Shown here piece by piece: positions 22,674 through 35,812 of a stretch of DNA of 64,000 nucleotides. The stretch covers positions 62,001 through 126,000 of the forward strand of contig NMRA01000492.1 of assembly GCA_002633005.1 (NCBI GenBank). Reading direction: 5' to 3'. How positions within the stretch are numbered: the stretch's first letter is position 1; each line of letters begins with the position of its first letter. The translations under genes were made by a program, and so were the position numbers. Below the pieces are notes generated by a model. The model saw only the letters and a list, made by a program, of their open reading frames with translations, made no database searches and was not told where the DNA came from. Source of the DNA: Phoronis australis. Its lineage: Eukaryota > Animalia > Phoronida.

Positions 22674-25410
22674 CTTCCATCTGCATCAACAGTTTGTTTA
22701 CTCCTGGCTTACACGCCACATGGAACAATTGCTGGGTGAGTCTTAGTTTAGAACCCCTTGTTCCACTTGTGTTCGTCTAAAAGTATGTCTGTATTTCAAA
22801 AACCTGGTAGGGTGTACTTTCACGCCCTGATTAATCTGTTCGTTGAAGCTCGCCTCACAATAATAACAGTGAACGTGTTTCCTGAAATGAAAATAAATTC
22901 ATTTGTGAAAATATCTATAAATAAAATAAGGCTTGATGTACATGTAGTCGCTCATTTTAATTTAATGGTAATGCTATGATATTGTTTAGTTTGGAAACGA
23001 AAGTAAAAGTAATGACTCAAAATGTGATTAATTCATTGCACCACACTTATTTTGTTACCCTTTTCACGTTTATAAGTAAAAAGTTCATAACTGTTCAGCA
23101 CACCACGATGCGTTCTCGATCGCATAAACAAACAAAAATTTGCGTTTCCGATCGCTTATCGTTGCGTTCTCGATCGCATCTTTCAACAGAAAAGTGTCGA
23201 AAAATCAGAGATCCTGACAAAACTACGAAAAACAAGCGTTCTGTTATATTTTCACAAGTCACTTCTTCATAACTTCATGGTCAATTTATTGATTTAGTGC
23301 CAAAAATAACCGCAATTTGCCAAAATGACATACGAATCACCTTTGACTCAAGTGACGCCTCGTTCAACGTAACTTATCTCCAATAATTGGAACAGACACC
23401 AGCCCAAACCTCTACCTGCCCTTCCTCAATGTGTTACACCTTGAACTCATGTCTCTGTTTTCACATTAGAAGTAAAAACAACGTAAATTCATCAAATTTA
23501 CTCACCTTGCCTGGCTTCGCTTCTCGCAACCGGTTTCGTTCTCTATCGCTTTCTGGTCATTCTCGATCGCGGGTTGGCCGGGGTGGTATTTTACCACACT
23601 GTGACTATTTTCGCTTTCCCGCGGATTATCAGAGAAGCGCAGATATAGCACGTTTGCGCGTGTTGAAGGACATGACACACTGGCGCTGGATACATGTACG
23701 TTCATACGCAGTGCTATTCGGATGTTCAGTGATGACGTACTATGGCAGTAGATGACGCATGTTGGGCCCAGAAATAACAACTGTCACACTGGGTTCAAAA
23801 TGTCATAATGACGTCAAAATGACGTCATGCTAAACATTCCTATAAAAGCCGGATGGTTCAATGATGCTGACAATGTAGTCACTTGTCAAAACAAGGTAAA
23901 CGGTGATTTCAAGCACTTTAAACCTGTTATTGCATAGGTACCTCGGGCCATTCGACGGCATTCGCCAGTTTGAGAAAGACATGACTGGAATGATTCAATT
24001 TTGTATATTCGCCTCTGCTGATGACATCCGGGACATTTTGGGTATTTTTGTAACCTCAAATTATTCCTCGTAGCATGCAGAACACGTTAAGCATTTTCAT
24101 AGCCTCAAATTTCCCTCCAAGGTGAACATGATTTCAGTCATACGGCAAGCCATGTGACATTCAAACTGGTGAATGATTGACCGGATGACTAAAGTTTGCA
24201 CATGTCCAACTAGATGACGAGGTTACGAAAACACGCGAGGTGATCCGAGTAACCTGGCCTGGGCGGTGTTTCATATCTGCGCATGAGCGAATCACAATAG
24301 CAAAGGGTCGTTGTAAAGATGGAGACGGCTAATATCATGGCTTCTGCTTAACAGGTTTCAAAAATCGTGCGAGACGTCATTCTAAATTCGGATGTACTGT
24401 TAACTCCTGTTGAAGGAGATTCGACACTATTTGACAAAAAAGTCGTAACACAGTCGTTGTTGTACGACAATGACTAATTTACAAAACGGGTTGAACCGTC
24501 ATTTTTAAATTGACTGGTGTTTTAATTTTGATTCGACATCTTGAGTTCTACATGTAGTTGAGATTTGTTGTTATAGCATTAAAGAGACATGAAACGCGAA
24601 AGCTCGTCAAAAATAACTTTTAAGCAATCCTAGCTGAAGTACCTTCTCGCAACGTCAACTGTAAGAGTTATTCACTTTTCCCTGTGAGAGAATCTCCTCG
24701 AAGAAAAATCACAAAATTCAGGATTTTTGAAATACACGCAAATGAAAAACTCTATGGTCACCACAGATTTTCTATTCTTCCTCCCACTTATGATAAATGC
24801 GCGCATGATGACAAAGTCATTCCATAAACAGCTGACAGAAGGAATATAACGACAGATTATCACGTGCAATTGTACTCCGAATCTGAGGTCGTCACGAACC
24901 GTATGGGGCAAGCCAGTGAAGCAAGCGATTTCCCAAAGAGAATTCCAAGTGCATTTTAGAATATATTTGAAAACTTCGATAACTTCCTCACTAATTTAAA
25001 CATCAATTGCCTCTCAATCCGGCTGCTGCTTGAAGTCGCCATTGTTTTGTTTACATCAAATGTCAAAGGTCACATTTTCCTATTATATGGGAAATGTTAC
25101 TTCTATGTCTTGCCATACCGGTACCAAATAAAGAGACACGCTTTGCCTTTTGGGAGAAAAATCAACGAAGTGAAACTAAAAAAATGTTGTGACATCAACA
25201 GAAATTCAAAATCCTTTAAGAGCTCACGGTAAAAATATCTGGTGAACACGTTGAATTCTGTTTCTGTGACAGAGATTTGCGTTGAGCAGTGCAGTTTTGT
25301 CCGTTTTTCGCGTTCCAGGCCTCTTTAAGTAATCAAATGTCACAATTAATTAAATGTCACAACGTTGTCATACTAAAAATAGTTAGGGCTCAATGTATAC
25401 GTGTCATCTC

Positions 25411-25528
25411 CAGTGGCGGATTGAGAGGGGAACAAGGGAGCCATGGCCCCACTTTATTAAACTTCTCCCAGAGTTCATTTGGCAGTTCGGGGGTGCGAAT
25501 NCAACTCAAAGTCCTGGATCTGCCCCTG
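25411..25528 (+). mobile_element. MITE, 5-bp-TSD family, outer part only (N at 25501)
   Basis: CAGTGGCGGATT...GGATCTGCCCCTG with perfect TSD ATCTC. Confidence 0.78.
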
Positions 25529-28337
25529 ATCTCGCCAAGTGTGACCTGGAGAAATACCAATGTCACCTAACGGAAAGGCACCGCATATACAGCGGTGCCG
25601 CCCCAACGCTTGTTTAGTTCAAAGGAAGAGTGTTCACAATGACGACTGATTTCCCGTTCAGCTCTTAACTCTGGAAGAATCCGACGATCAAATCACATTG
25701 TCTGTACTACGTCATGGAGTCACATCCATGTGGTGAAATGATGTGAGAGCTACAGGTAAAGTAAGTAGGTCATCACCATAGTTGTAGTGTCACTACAACT
25801 ATGGTGGTGATCTTCTCACATTCCCTGAATGGTAATCGACACTTGTTGTCCTATACTGTGCATATCCTCATGATGTCTTATGAATAGACGAAACGTTGAG
25901 TTAACATGAACTTTTTATTTGTGCGGCGATTGTCCGTTTTCTAATCGTACTATGGCCAAAAAATGATGTAATTATTACGTTAGTTTTGTAATTATGTTGA
26001 GTTTATAATTATTTAGTTTTGGTAGCAGAAAAATTAAAGTTGCGAGTAGTTTCTTCAGTTTAGAACACAATACGATGGATCAGAGAAATTTTACTGCAGA
26101 AAATTTTTCAAACAAAGATAACCAGGAAGCTTTGTCATTTGTTCATCAAAAAACACATGATAAAGTTTGAGCACTTTTAACACTGCAATGAACTCTTCAA
26201 AAACAGAAAATGACAATTTTGGCAGTTACCTTTGTTCGAATTTAAGGAAACTCTCCTGTACTCAGTGCGCATTCAATTCACACCAAAGAGAGTACCTTTT
26301 TTAAAAGAACGTCCCCTAAATACTTGTCTGCAACGTGTGTATTTGAATCCATAAACTGCAACGCGGTGACCTGTGTGCTTGAGTGTTGGAGAAAGGCTGT
26401 TATTTAGCATCCCCATGTCAAAAAGTTTTCACTGTACCGCAAATTTCTGTAATTGCGCTCGCCCGGAAATGTGTCCTGGGATCTTTAAGTAACGCAAGTT
26501 TTTACAACAACCACTACGTCACCCATGATTTTTAGCGCTTGCAACCCATCTATTCATTAATTTCCACGCGTTATGCTGTCTTACATTTTGTTAGCAATGG
26601 GTCTCAAACTATCCCAGTGTAGTGCGGTCAGAATTATTTCAATTAGTCTTGAATTGCATTTTTGACTGGCATCTAAACCGCCTGCTTTTCGAGACGGGCA
26701 CGTATAAAAGGACCAGCGACAATATGCGACACTACGGTAAGACATTTAGGTCTTAATTTATCCCAGTTTCATGAAACGGGCCCTTGGTTTCACGAACTGA
26801 ATATAACACTTGAGGACAAAAGGTATCGTATTTGGTAAACATGTTATTAATGTTAAAGCTTGAAATCGCCTCCAATTTTGAAGTGAATTACTTCTGACGA
26901 GATTGTAACTCGCGAAAATCCTGCGAGTTGAGATTTTTACTGGGTCGCCAAAATATCTGAGATAGTATTGATGATGGAAGTTTGTGTGCGCACAGACATG
27001 AAACACCTCAGAAAACTGGTTTTGCGTCCACCTAAATGTCTGAGGTGTTCCGGGTGTTCTGTAGAAGCTGGCCAAATTCAAATGACAGTTACATGAAATA
27101 TCAAAAGAAATAGTATAAACTTTGCGTTACGTATGCTAAGCGATAGTTTCATGGGCGGCGCACCTGATAGGGGGCTGAGGGGGTTTCGCCCCCCCCCCCC
27201 TCCCCCCCCACACATTTTTCAGTGCTGCGTCGCCCGTTAGTTAGTGTTAGTATTTTGTCAACTTGACTGGAGACTTACAAGAGTTTGTTACCCAAACAAA
27301 TTGTGTACGAGAGAGTGGGTGCTAGGGTGCCTGGTGATTACTGCGTCAAGATACTAAGCTAAAAGGTCGTGAGGTCACACGTGACGAGCCACTAACACTT
27401 GAGAGTGGCCATTCCACACGCCTTGGTCAGTGTACTTTGACCGATTATTATATTCAATTTTGCAAACGCTAGAGTACCATATAGTAAAAACTTGAAAGCA
27501 ACATAGAAAATGGATCGCTGACTTCGTACTGTTGTGTAGTAAGAATGTCAGTAAATGGAGTTCAGGGGCCCCTTACAAGAAACTGATTAAGTTCCGTCTC
27601 GACTTTCAACCTTTGAAGCTTCCACATCCGGTAAATTAGTCGAACTTAAAGCAAAACTTAAGTTAAAATCTTAAGTCAAACTTAAGATCACTTTGTTTAA
27701 AATACAAATTGAAAATTCATCTTAAAATTGATTTAAATTTTTCTATTTAGATAGTTCAGTTTTCTTGGAATAGGTCCCTGATTTCATAGGAAGGGTTTTC
27801 GAGGTATGGGGTGAGGGTGCGTATCATTGGGAAGAGGTGGTTCAGTTGCACCCGTTTGAATCATTTACTAATAAATGAGATTTAATATTATATAGGAACC
27901 CGGCTATGGTAAAAGAATGCCCAGTGTTCTCCAAACAAACAAAAATGTGGCGCCAAACCTACCAGGAAGTATTCCTTGCGGTTGTTTCTAGTAAAAGACT
28001 TATCACAGATTTCAGTGAGGCAGCTGTCGTGTTTTTGTTCTGTAAGCAGATTTAGCATCATTGAAATTTGATAGCACACTGCACGAGGTTTCCATTATAG
28101 CTAATGTCATTGTATTCCGTTAACAGAGTTAAACTTTGACCACTTTGTTGACGTCTCGGGGAATTTGTTTGGGCAATCAGTGGATGGAAACGATAAGGAA
28201 ATACAGTACGCGGAAATGTGTTTGTCGTTTTCTCTAGGAATTTTGATTCGTTAAGCCTTCTAAACAGTTGCACGTTTGCGGCGGGGTAGAAATGTCGTCG
28301 TACACAAAGCCTTTAAAAGGGAGTGGAGACAGTAACG

Positions 28338-31300
28338 ATGCATCTATTAACTATGGTAAGCGTGACAACACACATTGCAGTTATCGCAATCCTTGCGACT
28401 GTCTCGGCGGTGCTAGCCGTGACATTGCCGGACTCCGATGTCCACAAGTCGTTACGAGAGTTGCAAGACTTGGTGCGTCGTTTGAACAGTAGATTTGATG
28501 ATCTAGAGAAGCGAGTTGCAGGATTGCAAACACAACCCGCGGTAAGTATGGAACCATCTTTGGCGTTGATTTGTCACCCCACTAATACATAAACGCCTTT
28601 GACCAGTATCTGTCCATTTGAATAGTACTCCAATATTTTGTTGTCGCAGTTTATGGAAAGCGATATCTAAACCATATGATCGCTGCGTTGTTTCGTGTTA
28701 AATGCAAGGACCGATCGTACAGTTCTTGGTAAAACGAGCCTTCTAAATGCTGGATACTGAGAAAATGATCAGTATATGTTGTGACACGTAACGCTGTAGT
28801 GCTAGATGCTTAGCTTAACGCCAACTCGTCAAATGCGACTTCCCGAAAATCTCAGGTCGACAAATGTAGTCTGAGGTCGCCAAAACTGACGTCGGAAGTC
28901 GCCGACCAAAAGAAAAAAGACAGACGTCGTGCCGTTGTCAACAATATCAACAAATTAAGCATACCTGTTCCATTTCAAGTCCTCTCCCGTTCACATATAC
29001 CATTTGGTATCTCACTAAGCTCCTCCTGCCAACTGAGAAAACAGACGATCGGATACGACGCAGGCGCGTGTTTCATGGTCCGACCTTGCCCGATTTTTGC
29101 CGAGCAATTCCGCTTTCCGTCTGGTTACTTTTTGTTGCGTGGTTGATGTGTGCTGACAAATGAGGGTGGCAAATGCACTGATTTCACGACATACACGGAA
29201 CAATTGTGAACCAAAGGTTTTGAATCTAGGGAAGAAATTATTAATATAAAGTTTGGAAGTCACCACAAGTTTTGAAAAGGATTTAAGATGAATTATTGTC
29301 TGAGTTTGATATTCGTGGTGGCGACTTAGATTTTCCCTGGTCGTCAAACACAATCTGAAGTCGCATTAGCGAGCAGCACTTCGCCAAATCGAGCACTGCC
29401 GTTAGTACCAGCAGGCCACATACTAGTGAATGTAAGAAATACAAAGAGGCCAACCGTGTAACGAAGGAAATCGGTCAAACGTGGAATTCTGCGTAGTTTA
29501 AGATCTAACAATAAGGGAACTAATTGTTAAACATTAATTTAAGGTTATGCAGGACCCCAGAAAATGTCGAACTTTGGTTAACTTCGGAAGATCATGTCTC
29601 AAAATTGATTGGTCGGATTTTAATGAAACTTTCAGATACTTTGTTTTACATACTGTTCTTCAACACACTGTTAGGCTTGTTTTGAAAATTATTCTTAGGT
29701 CAGTTATTTTCATGATAAAATGAGAATTTCATAAAACGAAAATGAAATGTTGATTTAAAACACTGTAAAAATTTTTTTGAGATTTCATCTTGAACATATG
29801 TATCACACAAAATTTTATCATATTATTGATGCCTCTGCATGGCGTGCTATGAATATACCTTTCTTTTTTCCTAAGCTTTACCAAAATTACGTATGAGGTG
29901 GTCACTCTGGTCCAATCGTTGGTAGATTGATATAAAGCTAAAAACCAAACTCCGTGGGCTTTTCACATACAGAAAATGAGTAATTAAAAATCTTTAGTTT
30001 GTAGATTCTTGGCTAAGTACACAGTTTTGACGCTATTGTTCTGTCTAACTTTTTAGTGTAATTTCCTTTCTGTTTGTGTTATTGCCGTTGGTGTTGTGTA
30101 ATACTAAGGACTACGGTCATGAATATTTTTCAGAAAACAAATTTTGATAGCGAAAAAATGATGAAACAAACGTCTACTGGTCGGACCAAACGTGACGTCG
30201 GAAGAGATGCGTGTAAGTACGAAATAAGTGAAAATACATGTTCATCCTTTGACGCACAGAAGATTATTAAGTGTATTTCAGAACTCGGGGTGTAAAATTA
30301 AACAGTATTGTTTTCATATGGAAAACAAATATATTGCTTGTCTTTCGTTTTTGAGAAAAGGGGGGTAGCTCCTTGGCAAAGCTGTAGTCACGCTGTAAAC
30401 AACGTTGTGCAAGAAAAAAAACAAGGGACAGGAGACTTCGTGTTCTGCGAAAGTACCTAGTTCCCTGTAAATCGGCGAGTATATGGCATTTGCTATTCAG
30501 ACTTGAGGACGATAATATAAGTTTGGGCTTTTCTTTGAACCAGTGTCCATAACATCCACAGTGATCTGCATTTTTCAACATCGAGTTCCATACTGAATGT
30601 AAATCACAAGATGTATTAATGTATTTCGATTCCTTCTACATCATCCGCATACATCATTGCACTGTCCTTTAGGGCAACCGCGAAGACGGTGCCCTATCGC
30701 AAGCTCCACCCCGTGCGAAATGTCGACAAACAAACAATGAATTTTACCCGACGACGTGTTGTTTGTGGGGTAAAATAGCGGCTTGGATAAGGAGGTGTCA
30801 AGAATGCTGCGTTCTGATTGGTCAGTTAAGCCGTCACTCGAAATCCTGGCGACAGGTCAAACGTTAGCTGAGCTGACAGGATGAATTAGTGGCTAACTCA
30901 GTCACTCGTTGCCTTGGCGTGAGCTGTCATATCAAGGGCCGGGGTGCAATCTTTGTACTCGAAATCGAACTTGGTATTATATTTGAATTTTCCGTTCTAC
31001 GTCTTATGTGCAAACTACAGATACATGTAAGTGTCTATTATTCTGTGCTTGAGTGTATTATGATTAACGCTAATGAGATTTTACTCCCGGCAATTCAAGT
31101 TAGAACCTGCTGACTCCAAAAGCTGAGCTACAAACTTATAGCGCTAATTATGTGATCGTCACGTGCCAACTTGAATTAGAAACTCAACAGTGTACCATTG
31201 CACGGAGTTCGCATCAAAGTAGGTGAATGAAAAAATGTAATTCCGAGTTCGATTTCAAGTTCAAAGGTTAGACACCGGGACCAGCTATCATTCACTCAGA

Positions 31301-34300
31301 GGCTGACAGCTGTGCTCGTAGCTTTCCGTCTGTCATCGGCGATCATACTCGTCTACCACTTGTTTGTGAACACGTTTTATAGATGTATTTTCAAAAAATA
31401 ATAGCATTTGGGATACTATGGTCTATTTCGTAGCCTTGTTGCCGTCAATATTTGATTTTAGATGAATAGATATGCGCGCTGTAATGTAACGCGAACTCGC
31501 AAAATCATTAGAAACAAACTGTACGCGTATTTTAGGTTCCAGATAACATTATGTGTTTCAAAGCATTAGCGCACTGCTATCAGACGGTCTCTACCGTCAT
31601 ACGTAACTGTAGAAAGTGTCAAAATATGACTTAATTTGAAACGGCATACCTCAAATATCGCTGACCTAAATTCAAATTAGGCTTCAGATATCATGAATAA
31701 TTGTTTTCTGAGATAAGAAATCTGACTTTTTTTGTCTATGAATCAGGTGCTATACAAATTGAACCTTTTATGGTTTTCCGAAAAAAGCAGAGATAGAACT
31801 CTGACTTAAAATTTGACTTAAAGACATGTTCACGTGATGAGTTCTACACGTCTTATGCTTTGGTAACTTAAGTGAAGATGCTTATTTAATTGCCCAGACT
31901 AATGGCGATATGGATTCTCATATGTTTGAAATACTTTTGGTTTCCCCTCACCTATACCCATTCCTCGGAGATGGGTTGGGGAGATGTTTTTTTTTACTTT
32001 TCAATGGTAATAGTCATTACTTTATTTGATTGCAAATGAAATGTTATAAGTCGCACGGAAACGTTTACAGGAGGGAGGAAATAATTGATGCCTTGTTGTC
32101 ATTGTTAACAACTCTCGAATTTTTTGACAAAAAATGAATTATAATCCTTTGTGTCTTCTTACCAGTTTATCCAAACGTGATTTCTCACTGGTTTCAATTT
32201 CTAATTCGAAATCAATCTCTTTTCAGCCAGCTCAAGACTGCCACCGCCGTGGCGACTCCCAGTATGTAAAGAGGGTAAGGCCGGTCGAGACGGTAGAGAT
32301 GGCCGTGACGGCCAGGTTGGGCCTATGGGACCCCCCGGCAAGGATGCTCTAGCAATTGAGCAACTTGAAAAAATGTTGCAAAGGGTCTTAGACCACAAAG
32401 GTAACGGTCAGGGTATTGTATGGTATACTAAGCATAACTGTAATGACGATAATGCCATTCTGTTTATACAAATTGACCCAGGAACACGCTGTAACTTAAA
32501 CAATGATGCATCAGTGGCTCATGACTTCTATACGAGTAGATTAGATAGTACTTCAATACCATATTTAAATACTCAACTAAACTTTTGTTGCCTTACCATT
32601 TCGATAAGTGACGTCGTTGATGCAACCAACTTCATCAGAAAACGTGATAAAATGGTCTGCACGTATACCTACATATACGTAGTCACATTCAGTTATTTAT
32701 TCACCTGTGCCCGGTCGTATGAAACAGTCCTCAGGACTCAACTATGTCCCCTAAATCGTCAAGTCATTGGTGGACTTGGAACAATCACCATTTCTCCCTT
32801 CGTCTGCTATTTTATTTTCATTGCTGTTCAAAATTTTAGCTTTGATACATACCGAGAGTGTAATACGCTACTTTGAAATTATTGGGCTTGAGATCACCAA
32901 ACTTACATTTCTCTCCTTTCATCATTTGCAGGACAAAAAATTCCAGTCATTTCCGGGCAAAACGACACTGGCGCCGTCTATGTGAGGTGGGGCAGAACAG
33001 AATGCCCGTCTCGTTCACAGCTCATTTATGATGGTGAGTGGCGTAAAATATGACAGAATTACTGTGCTGCAGAAATTCGAAATTTAAAAATCTTAGCTGC
33101 CACTGAGGTTGATTTGATTTGTGTTTTTTTGTCTTATTTAGGGTTTTTAACCCCAAATAAGACAAAGTGAGGCATTTTAAAAAATGTCTCATTGTTGTCA
33201 CTGCCATCATTTCCCGTGCAGGTATCACGGGAAATGCAGTGGGTGAAATGTAATCTTAGCGAAACAAGCGACGAAGACCGGATAAAGACAGTAGGTGTTC
33301 GGAAATATCCACGTCTGATCTTACTTCCACTTCAATTTTTTCTATGTAATTATTGAAAGCAAATATACAATCATATTTTGATCCGTTTATTCGTCATATT
33401 CTGTCTGTTCGTGTCTATTCACAAGTTACTCTGATTCTCTTAATGATGTTATTGTTTCACATTTAGAGACGTTAACTGAAAATAGCGAAAATGTCACCCA
33501 AGCTAATATACCCCAAACTTGACTGGTTCAGCTTCTCATGAAAATGCGATTTTTAGCGGAAACAATCGTGGTTACTCACCACTCTCTCCAATTTACAAAT
33601 TTCCTGTACATCAAAATATCACGTTTATAATTCAGCTTAAATTTCTTAGGCAGGAACTCTTAGAAAGCCGCTGTAAATAAAGTTCAGTTTCAGTTTCACA
33701 CGTTGAAATCCATTTCTGAAATTGTGTACATTTACCATTTTACCTTTGTTGTTCGATTCACTTTGTGATCTGATATATACTAAATTATTCCCAACTCCAA
33801 TCATAATATGTTTGGACTGAAGCATTTTGGGAAAATTTTAGACTCGTATGGTGTTTTGGAGATGACTGTTGTAATGTGATCTCCTCACAAATTAAAAATA
33901 AGTTATGGATGGAAATATTTTCCATCATCTTGAAAGAATTTGTGTCATTGGCCCAGGGGACTTTAGCGAACTTAGAAAATCTCATTTATCAACCTCTCTG
34001 ATACAACTCCTCAATCATAATTGGCAAAAAAGTCAGTATTTCATAAGTCGTGGAACGATAGAGGAATAAGATTTGTATATGATATAATGCTTAATGATGG
34101 ACTTTTTTAGGTTATGGTGCTTTTTGTAAAAAATTTTCATTTAGACCAATGATGACAACATTTTATGGGCCTAGGAAAGGAATACTGTCTGCCTGGGTCG
34201 GTGATAGAAATTCAAATACTAGAGTTGTGATACGTCTAACACATTATCCGGAAGAACTAAATCAGATAACAAAAAATAAGAAAGGGTGTAGATCAACGTA

Positions 34301-35491
34301 TGATATATTTATTTGTAATATGCAGATAAAACCGATCTCACAGGATAAATGGATTTCTAAGATGAGTAATGATTTAACTATGTGTTGGAAAACAGTGTAC
34401 TTAAATGTTTTTAATTTTTCCCTTGATGTTAAATTGAGATGGTTCCAGTATCGATTAGTTCATAGAATATTATGTACAAATTCATATCTTTATAAAATAG
34501 GCGTCTCGGATTCTTCTGCTAGTACATTTAGCAATAAAGCCCTAGAAACTTGTATGCACTTATTGGTACATTGTAACTACACCAACAGAACCTTCTGGGA
34601 AGATATTTTTGAATTGTACTTCAGTGATAGCGATGAAACAATAATGAAAGCTTATGTTCTTTTTGGAATCAAAACACATATTCATCTACAAACTTAATTT
34701 TGATTCTAGCGAAATATCACATATACCGTCAAAGATTGGGGGCGCTTTACCGTCTGTTAATGCTTTTAATATTTCAAAACAGTGTTATCTCACAGAGAAA
34801 TATATTTTTCGAAAAAATAGACAGCTAGATAGATTTAGAAATAGATGGTTAAAATTTGCTCACATTATTGAAAATTAAGCGACCGTTGAATGAGTGCATG
34901 CGTGTATGTGTTCATTGTGATTTACATTGTAATGTTACTTATTGATGTATATATATAAAATTTCTGATCATAATAATCTTAACTGTCCTCCTTCCTGCAG
35001 GTTTTGTAGCAGGATCTCACTATACACACAAAGGTGGTGGCAGTGAAAAACTGTGCCTACCAAAAGATCCTCAATTTCAACGAACACAAAGTGGATTCCA
35101 GTCAGGGGGGCATATTTACGGTGCCGAGTTCGAAGTGAACAACTTCAACCCTTTCTCCACTGCTAACACTAGAGGACACTCCCTACACGATGCCAATGCT
35201 GTCTGCGCTGTTTGTCTCGCACTTTCACGCCCAAGTCACGTGATGATACCTGCCTATAAAACTTGCCCAACTGGTTGGACAAAAGAGTACAGCGGCTATT
35301 TAATGTCTTCCCACTACACACACGTCAAATCGTCATACGACTGCGTGGACATCGCTCCAGAAGCCAACGACTCGGGTGTTGGAGATCAAAACGGCGCGTT
35401 ATTCTACATCGTTGAGTCAGCGTGCGGATCCCTACCGTGTCCACCTTACGTCAGTGGAGCTGAACTGACTTGTGTTGTTTGCACCAAGTGA
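28338..35491 (+). CDS. Secreted short-chain collagen C4 / spongin-related protein, paralogue A (~351 aa); exons 28338-28541, 30134-30212, 32227-32406, 32932-33033, 35001-35491
   Basis: All introns GT-AG with consistent phases (0,1,1,1). Hydrophobic signal peptide, heptad region, RTKR site, 8 Gly-X-Y triplets, and a C-terminal domain GAVYVRWGRTECP...LCLPKDP...CPTGWTKEYSGYLMS...LPCPPY...ELTCVVCTK. Same structure as paralogue B. Confidence 0.9.
30935..31282. mobile_element. MITE (GGGCC-terminated family) in intron 2 of paralogue A
   Basis: Imperfect ~45-bp TIRs GGGCCGGGGTGCAATCTTTGTACTCGAAATCGAAC / GTTCGATTTCAAGTTCAAAGGTTAGACACCGGGACC; shares AAGTGTCTATTATTCT with the 16160 and 63789 copies. 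Confidence 0.6.
33805..34962 (+). mobile_element. 5'-truncated Tx1/L1-like LINE fragment in intron 4 of paralogue A
   Basis: KLRWFQYRLVHRILCTNSYLYKIG...ETCMHLLVHC...FW matches the zf-RVT-type C-terminus of Tx1 ORF2. Absent at the homologous intron position of paralogue B (~51940). Confidence 0.8.
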
Positions 35492-35617
35492 TCAGAGACC
35501 GATTATGTTGGCATTTTCAATGTGAGACTGTTTAAACGTGAGACTGTTAACATTGGCAGTATTGCCGTGTGTTGTAGCAAACAATTTCTAAATTCATTCA
35601 TTCGATCCTGGAAGAGC

Positions 35618-35623
35618 AATAAA
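35618..35623 (+). promoter_or_regulatory. Polyadenylation signal, paralogue A
   Basis: AATAAA ~127 bp after the stop, at the same position as in paralogue B. Confidence 0.6.
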
Positions 35624-35752
35624 CCAGTGCTATCTCTCGACGTCAACGTCTTGATTCAGACTACTAACTGTTACAGAGACAGTCTCGTTTTGTTCCCCGT
35701 GCATTTCTTTCAGACCAGTCCCATCAAGATGCTTGATGACGATTAACTTTTA

Positions 35753-35812
35753 TCGCCGAGGCACTGCGGCAAGTCACGGAATTCGCCGAGGCACTACGGC
35801 AAGTCACGGAAT
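35753..35812. repeat. 30-bp tandem repeat, 2 copies
   Basis: TCGCCGAGGCACTRCGGCAAGTCACGGAAT twice. Confidence 0.85.

Larger units (their letters stand above)
20272..23585. mobile_element. Unclassified 3.3-kb TIR DNA transposon with 6-bp TSD
   Basis: Perfect 26-bp TIR CACCCCGGCCAACCCGCGATCGAGAA; GTATTT on both flanks (20266-20271, 23586-23591); mirrored subterminal repeats. Confidence 0.88.

Noticed and set aside
24579-26489. Possible Kolobok element between two TTAA sites
   Set aside because: The ends AGAGACATGAAAC and AGATCCCAGGACAC match too poorly and no coding relic was seen.
32325-32876. 183-aa ORF (and the 178-aa ORF at 46797-47333) as stand-alone genes
   Set aside because: Only the 180-bp exon 3 is conserved between paralogues; the remainder is intron read-through.
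35753-35812. CRISPR-like 30-bp repeats
   Set aside because: Two directly adjacent copies with no spacer, no cas genes, eukaryotic context.
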